Shown here piece after piece: positions 55,001 to 64,000 of a stretch of DNA of 64,000 nucleotides. The notes below the pieces were generated by a model, which was not told the DNA's origin, did no database searches, and was given only the letters and a program-made list of their open reading frames with translations. Source of the stretch: the human T2T-CHM13v2.0 reference genome, Homo sapiens; NCBI RefSeq assembly GCF_009914755.1, contig NC_060929.1. One strand, written 5' to 3'. Within the stretch, counting starts at the first letter, position 1, and each line of letters opens with the position of its first letter. The position numbers and the translations under genes are program-made.

Positions 55001-56186
55001 AAAGGGACAAGGTTTTTATATAATGATAAAGGGATTAATTCAGCAAGAGGACATAATTTTAAACCTGTGTGCACCCAACACTGGAGTATCCACATATATA
55101 GAGCAAATGTTATTAGATCTATAGGAAGAGATCGACTCCAATACAGTAATAGTTGGGGACATCAATACCCCACTCTCAGCATTAGACAAATAATCCAGAC
55201 AGAAAATTAACAAAGAAACATTGAATTTAAACTGCACGTTAGACCAAATGGACCTAACCAACATCTACAGAACATGTCATTCAATAGCTACAGAATACAC
55301 ATTCTTCTCATCAGTATATGGAACATTATCCAGTATAGAACATATTTTTGAATACAAAACAAATTCTTGGCAAATTTAGTGACTGGAAATCATATCAAGT
55401 ATTATCTCAGACCACAGTGAAATAAAACCAGTAATCCATAACGAGTAATTTTGGAAACTGTACAAAAAGATGAAAGTTAAACAATATGCTCCTGAATAAC
55501 CATCGGATCAAGAAAGAAATTAAGGAGGAAATACAAAAATTTATTGAAACAAATGAATATAATACCACAATAAGATATCATTTTACCCCAGTTAGAATGT
55601 CTATTATTAAAAAGAAAAAACGATGAATGCTGGCAAGGATGTGGAGAAAAGGGAACTTGTATACACTGTTGGTGAGAACGTAAATTAATATAGCTACTAT
55701 GAAAAACAGTATGTAGATTTCTGAAAAAACTAAACATATAACTACCATGTAATTCAGAAATTTATCCAATGGAAAAGAAAATCAGTACATCAAAGGGATA
55801 CTTGCTCTTGCAAGTTTATTGCAGCATTATTCACAATAGCAAAGACGTGAAATCAATTTAAGTGTCCATCCACAGACTAATAGATAAAAAAAAGTTCTAT
55901 ACATACACAGTGGAATATTATTCGGCCACAAAATAGAATGAAGTTATGTAATCTGCAGCAACAAGGATGAAACTGGACATCAACTAGGCATAGGAAGACA
56001 AATATTGCATGTTCTCACTCATATGTGGGAGCTAAAAATATCTTATGGAGGTAAACCGTAGAATTATAGATACCAGAGGATGTGAAGGGTGTGTTGGTAT
56101 GTGTGCTGGGAGAAGGGGATAAAGAGAGGTTGTTTAATGGGTAAACACATTGCTAGATAGAAGGAATAAGTTCTAAGATTCAATAG
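52028..56186 (+). mobile_element. L1MA-type LINE-1 with 5'UTR, ORF1, EN domain, large ORF2 deletion and partial 3'UTR
   Basis: aagatgtctgattagaagca 5' end; ORF1 motifs near 54300-54530; EN region 54740-55560; L1MA-type 3'UTR (tagatagaaggaataagttcta). Confidence 0.8.
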
Positions 56187-56194
56187 TGTTACCA

Positions 56195-56350
56195 TCGTCC
56201 AGTCCCCTCGTGAGGCCCATCATGAGGCCCCTCACGGGTCCATCTAGCCATAATTACCTCCCAAGGCCCTACCTACTAATAGCATCATGTTTGAGGTCAG
56301 TGTTTCAGCAGAAGAATTTTAGGGGGACACAAACATTTAGTCTACTACCA
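56195..56350 (-). mobile_element. MST/MLT1A-type LTR fragment
   Basis: taattacctcccaaggccc…gaattttagggggacacaaacatttagtc. Confidence 0.6.
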
Positions 56351-59124
56351 GAAGGTAAGCGCATAAAGGAGATTAGGAAAATGAAGATATTTTGAATTAT
56401 TTCCAAGTTTTTGACCTTGATTACTAAAAACATAGTGGTACCACGAGCAGTTGTAATTATATGGGAGAAGGGGAGTAAACTCAGATTAGATATGTTAAGT
56501 TAGTGTTGCCCACACAAACTTATGGTGGAGCTCCACAATAACCAGGCAAATATACGAGACTGGGGCTCCCAGGAACTGGCAGGGATGATGGGGAGATGGC
56601 CTAGCTGTGAGCCAGCCAGAATCCAAGGAGACTGCGGAGAGTGAGAAGAAAAGGGTCTAATGAAGAAACTGATAGGAACCTAAATATCTTGAAGGGGGAA
56701 AAAAAGCTCTTAACTGATATGACTGTTTGTTAAAATAAAATTTCAAAAATATATCTACTATTTACTAAAATCTGATATCAAGTAGTATAAAATAAATAAT
56801 GATGGCAAAGTTATTTTTTATGCATTCATAAATGTAATAGATTTTCAGAGAATGATTTGACATTTGGTTAGAGCCTGTCTGGCAAAAAGTGGGAAACAGA
56901 AAAGTATTTTTGGTGAGGAAAGGAGTAGGAGCAAATAAATACAGGGAGGAAGTTATGCAAAATTATCCTAGAATGATTAATATTTTGAATGTAGGTTTGT
57001 TAGAATATATAAAAGGGAAAAAAGATACTAATGGAAAAACAGATTTGGAAAAACCAATGGAATTTGAACTTCGTAGTTTAGATATTAGTTAAACAAGAAA
57101 AATTTTTGCTACATATTATAAATTTAGATAACTGCATGATCTGTCTTGATAATTAATTTAACCACTGCTTCATGTGATGGACTGGAAAATCCTTTTTAGC
57201 ACACTGTTCACTTCCATGTTAATACCACTGCTTAAGAATCTTGGAAGTGAATTAAAATCTAAATTTAAAGATACAGAAATCTGATTTTGGCCAATAGTAT
57301 CATGTTTATATTCAAAGGAGAATTATGAATAGTTTTATTCCCCAGAGATTGATTGATTTAGCATGACAGGTAATATTCTCAACATCACTGCTGCATCTCA
57401 AAAGTAATTTAGCATATTTAGTATGATGTTTCATAGCACAAAAAAATACATTTTGGCTAGCTTTTTATTCTTTTACATTAAAATGTGTATCACTTTTATG
57501 AATCCTTACACATTGTGCTTTAATCATGCAATGCTATATTTTAATAAATTCTTATGTATTTATAGAAGGAGTATCAGAATTAAAAAGGTGTAATATTTTT
57601 ATTCTTGCAGCACTGAATTGAAAGACTTGAGAGCTTAAATGTTTAAGACTCAAAAGATTCTTTTTATCTATTTATTGTCACTGTAGTTCTATAACTAGGC
57701 CATGGGAAAAACCATGTCATTTTAGCACAAAATATTAGACTGGCAGTATGTTTGTTTGCACATTAAATCTTACATGCATCTGAAACAAAGCCTGAGGCAC
57801 AACACCTTTGGGAAAATGTACAGTTTAACTAAACCAGTGAAATGTATTAAATGGATATTGACAAGCATTTTGAGTAGCATTAACATTCAATTTTAGATAA
57901 CACCTATAAAATGAATGGTCAAAAGTGTAAAATACTTAGAATCTTTGATTGAGCAATATTATGTAAGATGTTTAAGCCAAGCTGCTTATTAAAGCCATAT
58001 GCACCTGTATATGCAAAACAAAAAATACAAAAAAGGTAAATAATTCTGATGATTTTCAAACAAATTTTGACAAGATATTCTCAAAATGATACAGGGTTGT
58101 ATAGGATATAATTGTATCTGTGTAACAATCAATTCATTTTCATAAAACAGTTGTTAATTGTACAGAAAAAATACAATATTTTCATTAAGGTCGGCAACAG
58201 GAAATTGTGCCTCATATGATGGCTAATTATTTAGCATTATTATTGGAAATTTTAGATAATATAATAATGTCAGACAAAGACATAAGAGCTAAAAGATTTA
58301 AATGGAATTATAAGTGAAATGAAATAAAGGAAATCACAAAAATCAGGAAAATGTATAAAATACTGCTAATAATGACAGAGTTCAATAAATGTATGGATAC
58401 GTGATAACAAGCAAAAATAATTAGTATCTTTATACAAGAAATAAGTGCAATAATGTTTATCTTTTAAGCCTGTTCTGAAGAGCAACAAAAACTGGATGGT
58501 CACTAGGAATATGTGTAAAATATATGCACATGTGCATGGTGCCTAAAATATATGATGCCATTGAAAGCTTTAAAGAAGAAAGGGAAGATGTACTATTTAA
58601 AAAATGTAAATTCTCTACAGATGATAAATTAATGCAACTTTGAGCCAAAGCTCAATAGGACATTTTGTGGAATGTAAAAAATTGTTTCTAAAAGTTATTG
58701 AAAATCATCACAATATGCGGGGTATGTGGCAGGTTGTCATTTCAGGTTTCAGGGCATAATTTAAAGCTCTAATGGTTGAAGTTGAGCAAGGTATAGAAAG
58801 TGCATCATCCAATGGAAATCATAGAAAGAAATTCCTGCACAGTTCAAGGCAGATTACAGAAATACTAAATTTAGTAAAAATGAGTAAGTTGCAGAATAAT
58901 ACAAATACTAAGGCAGCATTTATGTAATGTAGAAATAAAAATGATAATAAGTATCTTTTTATTTTTCATGCTTCTGTGTGTGTAAGCATATATATTTAGA
59001 TTGGGAAGTTTGTTTCTACAAAGTGTGCAGTAAAATAAAACTAATAATTGGGGATAAATGACCTTAACTTTATCTGTACTGTTTTCTATTAAAAAAAACT
59101 TTAAAAATTATTTCATTTCTAATA

Positions 59125-59795
59125 AAAGCGAATGCTTATACACTGATGGTAGGAATGTAAACTAGTACAATCTGTATGGAAAGCATTATAGAGATTTCTT
59201 AAAGAATTAAAAGTAGATCTACCATTTGATCCAGCGATCCCACTACTGGGTATCTATCCAAAGGAAAGTAAGTCATTATATCAAAAGGACACCTGTATGT
59301 GTATGTTTATTGCAACACAATTTTCAATTGCAAATATATGGAACCAACCTAAGTACCCATTATTCATTCATTAAACTGGGTGGATAAATACACACACAGA
59401 CACACACACACACACACACATATTTTTATATATATAATGGAATCCTACAAAGCCATAAAAAAGAATGAAATAATGTCTTTTGCAGCAACTTGGATGAAGC
59501 TGGAGGCCACTATTTTAAGTGAAGTAACTCAGGAATGGAAAACCAAGTATGTTCTCACTTATAAGCGGGAGCTAGGCTGTGGATAGGCTAAGACATACAG
59601 GTGATATAATGGACTGTGGCAGCTCAGAAGTGGAGTGGTGAGGGATGAAAAACTACATGTTCAGTACAATGCACACTGCTCAGGTGATGAGTGAACTAAA
59701 ATCTCAGACTTCACCACTATACAACTCATCCAGGTAACCAAAAACCACTTGTACCCCCAAAACTATTGAAATAAAAAATTAAAATTAAAAAATAA
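59125..59795 (+). mobile_element. L1PB4/L1MA1-like 3' end with internal (CA)n
   Basis: gtagatctaccatttgatccagc…caccactatacaactcatcc…cacttgtacccccaaaactattgaaataaaa. Confidence 0.85.
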
Positions 59796-60090
59796 TATAA
59801 CATTAAGTGAACAAATATAAATTTGTGATTGTTGTAGAGTTTTTTTTGCTATGTTTGTGCTTTGTAGAATGTTTCTTAATTTTCTCAAAGCAAAATATCA
59901 TATAGTTGTTAGAAATGATAGATGAATAAAGAGGTGTTGGTGATTCCTAGAGCAGGCTAGCTCTGTGTCCTGCTCTCAAGAATAAGAAATACACAACAGC
60001 AACAAGCATGCTCAGGTGAAACTCTCAGATCAGCTGACAACAAACAGTGCTAGTGTTGATAGATGAGAGGCCAAAAAATAACAAGAATAC

Positions 60091-60488
60091 TGTCTCAGTC
60101 TATTTTCTGTTGCTATAACAGAAGACCATAAATTGGATAAATTATAAAGAAAATACTTTTATTTCTTACAGTTCTGTAGGCTGGGAAGTCCAAGAGCATG
60201 GTGCCCACATCTGTGGAGGCTTTCTTGTGATGTCATAACATGGCTGAGGTATCATGGCGAGAGGGCAAGAGTGTGAGGCATCATATGGTGAAAGGGCAAG
60301 AGCATGAGTCTCGGCTGAGGTTCCTCTTAGTTTTCTTATCAAGCCACCAGTTCCATCATAGGGGGCCCCACCTTCATGACCTTATGTAATCCTAATTACC
60401 TCCTAAAATTCCCACCTTCGCTCCTCATATGAATTTGATGATTAAGTTTCCAACACATGAAATTTGGGGGGCATATTTAAACATGGCA
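60091..60488 (-). mobile_element. MSTC/MSTD-like solo LTR
   Basis: tgtctcagtctattttctgttgctataacagaa…ggctgggaagtccaagagcatgg…tttccaacacatgaaatttgggg. Confidence 0.8.
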
Positions 60489-60817
60489 TGCACCCACCCA
60501 CACATACAGCGAGACACTTTTTGGTTACTTGTTAGGTCTTCCAGAAATTTGATACAAAGAGGAGAATCTAAATTGATTCAAGGTATGTCACCTCTACCAT
60601 ATGAGATAGAGATTAAAACAGAATTTAAGTTCTATTACAAGAAATTGTGAAATAGTATTTTTAGAGAAATGAATTTATGAACTGATATTCATATCCACTG
60701 CAATTTATAACTTCCCCACAATTTGAAATACAAGTTGATTTAGCCTTAGTTTGGCTAATTTATTATAGTCCTTAAATAATGTATAAAATGTTAATTATGA
60801 TGCCTTAAATTTTATGT

Positions 60818-60920
60818 GTATCATACCATATGATATCATACATGTAGACTACACACATATATACGTATCACATGATATACATGTGATACATGTATGATAT
60901 ACATATGATATACACGTATA
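60818..60920. repeat. Degenerate (CATATGATATA)-like low-complexity repeat
   Basis: Several catgatata / tacatg variants in tandem. Confidence 0.6.
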
Positions 60921-63123
60921 ATCGTTCAGTTCTTAAGATGGAATGTATTTAGATAAAAAATTTTATCTTCACTCAATCTAAAATCTGATTTTTCACTGAA
61001 ATTTATTTATATATGCTAAGTATAGCCAGCATTTAATTGTGTGAGCTACAGTTTTCAAGGTCACACTCATAATAGAAATACTAATTAATAGTTAGCACTT
61101 ATGGGCTTTTTATCTCCCAAGTACTTTTCCAATAATTAATTTAATACTCTCAAGAACCATGTTACTTCTGTTAGATAAAAGGAAGGTTATACTAGACTCA
61201 CTGGGAAGAAAATTATATCAGTTATGTCTTCACATACATTTGCAATATGTATCAACATGAGGTAGGAAAAATAAAAGGGAAATAAAGCACATATAATTCA
61301 GCTTATCTTTACTGTGAAGTTGCGGATTTCTAGAAACATATGCCCTTTTCCTAAGGTGTAATAAATTGAACTTTAACAAAGTGTAGAATTTAAATGTTCT
61401 TCTGGACAATTCACTAAAAGAAAGCCATAAATGCAGTCAAAATCTATGATAACACTAGAGGAGTTCATAATTACTTCTGATATGTACATTTTATTTCAAC
61501 ATAATTTATTCCAGATTTCGTTTGTTAAGCAGGAGACAAATGAGATATTTTGAAGCACAGTCTGTCATATATTTTTGGGGATGGCTGTTTTGAGCACTGG
61601 AACCATAGTCTTATCTTTGTTACAATATAAATTTTCCATAATTCTGTTGCAATTTAGAACATTCTGGCTATATGCTATTAAATCAAACCAAACATTTCAT
61701 AATGTAGATGTAGGCCAAAAAAAGACTCACCATGGTTTGCCGTCATATTAATGTTGTGCCTATAAAATTTGGTAAATTGATGTGCTGGTGGAAAATGCTA
61801 ATTGTTAAAACCTGTATTTATTATCTTTTTTGTTACCTTTAAGTGATCTCAATGAGTTGCCCTTTTACCTCTATTTATAAAATTGAAATATAATTCAATT
61901 TTATTCTTGTTAATAGAGCAAAATTTCATGTCATAAATGCACAAAAATGATTCACATCAATATTTTGAATGGATTTACCTCCAAAATTAATTCAACATTG
62001 GGTAATAAAAAAACTCGGTAGAGAGAGTTGTCTACCATTCTCATAGCAAAGGTCATTCTTCTTTGGTGAACTGGCTGTCTAAAGTCATCGAAGGTGTCAT
62101 CATTTCCTTTAAAGAGTCAGGTGACTGTGTTCTTGGAGAATTTCAATTTAGTGAATTACATGCTACCAATTAGATCAAGAGCACCACTTTTTTCCTACTT
62201 CGTCTCTCCCTCCCTCCTGTTTCTCTCTCATATTCCTTCTACTTCCTGTTCTCTCTCTTCCTCTTCTTCTTCTTTATAAACAGCTGTCAGTGCCTAGTTG
62301 ATTAGCCTCCGGTTTCACCCACACGCAGTTATTTTCCAGGTGCTAGCACTGCACCCTGCATGCATAGCTTTGTGATAAACTTTATACATTTAGTCTGCAT
62401 CTGTAAATGTGAAAGCTTTCATTTAATTGGAGAAATGTTCAATACGTCTAGCTGACGCTGTGCCTAATGTAAGAAAGTGAAGAGTTGTAGCAAATTTAGG
62501 CAAAATAACTATTATTAAACAGAAAGTTATTTTTCTTTTGGAAGAATCATTTATATTTATTAAAAATCTCAATTTACTACACAATTTACCAACTATTCAA
62601 ATACTCACTTTAAAGTATATAGAATAAACACCTTTTATTTCTCACTCATTCAAATATTATAACTAGTTGATACCTTAAAAAAACTGAGTTATAGTGGTTT
62701 TCTATTATTGGTCTATTTATTCAAAAGCCTAGTTTATCTCTCATTTCTTGTTATTATTTGTCTAATTTTGTCAGAATTTTGGAATTGTTTCAATAAGGAG
62801 ATGGTTACATTCCAATAAGGAGTTAACTAATGAATAGTTCCAAATATCAATGTTAGTATTCTTTTAGTGGAGTTTAAGAATCCGTCCCAAGGGCTTGTCT
62901 AGAAAAGGATTTACAGGTAAGTAATCTACTATTTTCTGAAAAGTGTTGTTTCTAATGATGATACACATTTGGTAAATTATTGACATAAACCTAAAAAAAA
63001 TTTTTTTCAACATTACCAATGTTATTGGCTGATGACAGGGTTCAACTACCTATTTGTTCAGATATTTTGGGAAATTCTAACTGCATTTTCTAATCTGTTT
63101 ATCAGCAAAAATCCTAGCATTTC

Positions 63124-63595
63124 TATGGTAGGCTAAATAATGACCCTGAAGATATTCACACCCTAATCCCAGGAACAGGTACATGCTACCTTACTTGACA
63201 AAAGAGACTTTGTAGATGTGACTAAGTATCTTGAGATGGGGGATTACTTGTCTTATCTAGGTAGACCCTAAATGCAATCACAGTTACCCTTAAAAGAGAG
63301 AAGCAGAGATAGATTTGACTACAGTGAGGGAGAAGGCGATGGGACTATGGAAACAGAGAGTGGAGAGATGCAGCCAGGAGCCAAGGACTGTGGGCAGCCT
63401 CTAGAAATGGCAAAATCAATGACCATAATCCTCCGCAAAGCTAATAGACATAACCAGGCTTGTTAATACTTTGACTTTATCCCAGTGAAACTGTCAGACT
63501 TCTGGCCTTTGTAAGTGTTAAGAGAATAAATTTGTGCCATTTTAAGCCACCAAGTTTGCGGTAACTTGTTATAGCAGCAATAGGAAACTAGTCCA
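63124..63595 (+). mobile_element. MLT1D-like solo LTR
   Basis: tatggtaggctaaataatgaccc…ccctaatcccaggaac…gactttgtagatgtga…gcagcaataggaaacta. Confidence 0.82.
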
Positions 63596-64000
63596 ATATT
63601 CTTTAAAATCCCTTCCCCACTAAAAAGCTACACAGTCACTGTAAGCCAGTAAATAACTGATCACACATGTATAGAATATTTGCTGGTAATCATATGTCTG
63701 TGCTTTATATTTTAATAGTCAATTTTTGTTTTAGTATTTTGTTTAGTGAGCTTATACATATATATGTATATGTATATATTCTAACTTGCATTTATTTCCC
63801 TTTTAATTCTCACAAAGAAATCACCAACATTTCTCCGTCCATCTACCTGCAATGTAAACAACTCATCTGGTTTTTAAGCATAATTCATTTTGTAAGTGAC
63901 CTTGTACAGTTAAAATGATTTTAATAAGGTATTCATCACGAAGACATTTGGCTACATAACAATAAAACATCTTCTGCTTTGCAGATAGAATATCTAAAAA

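Noticed and set aside
56201-56240. Repeated and inverted tgaggccc/cctcacg motifs at the L1MA-LTR junction
   Set aside because: Explainable as a short tandem duplication within the MST/MLT LTR fragment.

Overview
This is repeat-rich, AT-rich primate (most likely human or great ape) non-coding DNA. The assignment rests on AluY/AluS/AluJ, L1PA4-like, L1PB1, THE1/MST MaLR and LTR12 (ERV9) elements. I find no intact protein-coding gene, RNA gene or CRISPR array: the longer ORFs are decayed L1 ORF2, MaLR-internal or Alu readings. Main landmarks are a full-length L1PB1 with a perfect 17-bp TSD (7508-13989), a 40 x 32-bp VNTR (28249-29523), a 5'-inverted L1PA (30077-30714), three MaLR LTR+internal remnants and several solo LTRs. 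Two things stand out. (i) A ~260-bp local templated insertion (41379-41648, copied from 40082-40339) is flanked by a 15-bp duplication and templated junction fillers, resembling polymerase-theta-type repair. (ii) Each VNTR unit reads as a miniature poly(A) site (AATAAA, CA, GT-rich), 18 nt downstream of a candidate exon's 5' splice site. I cannot demonstrate a new biological system here; these two are the best leads. Repeat subfamily names come from recalled consensus similarity, not a database search, and boundaries of old elements are approximate.
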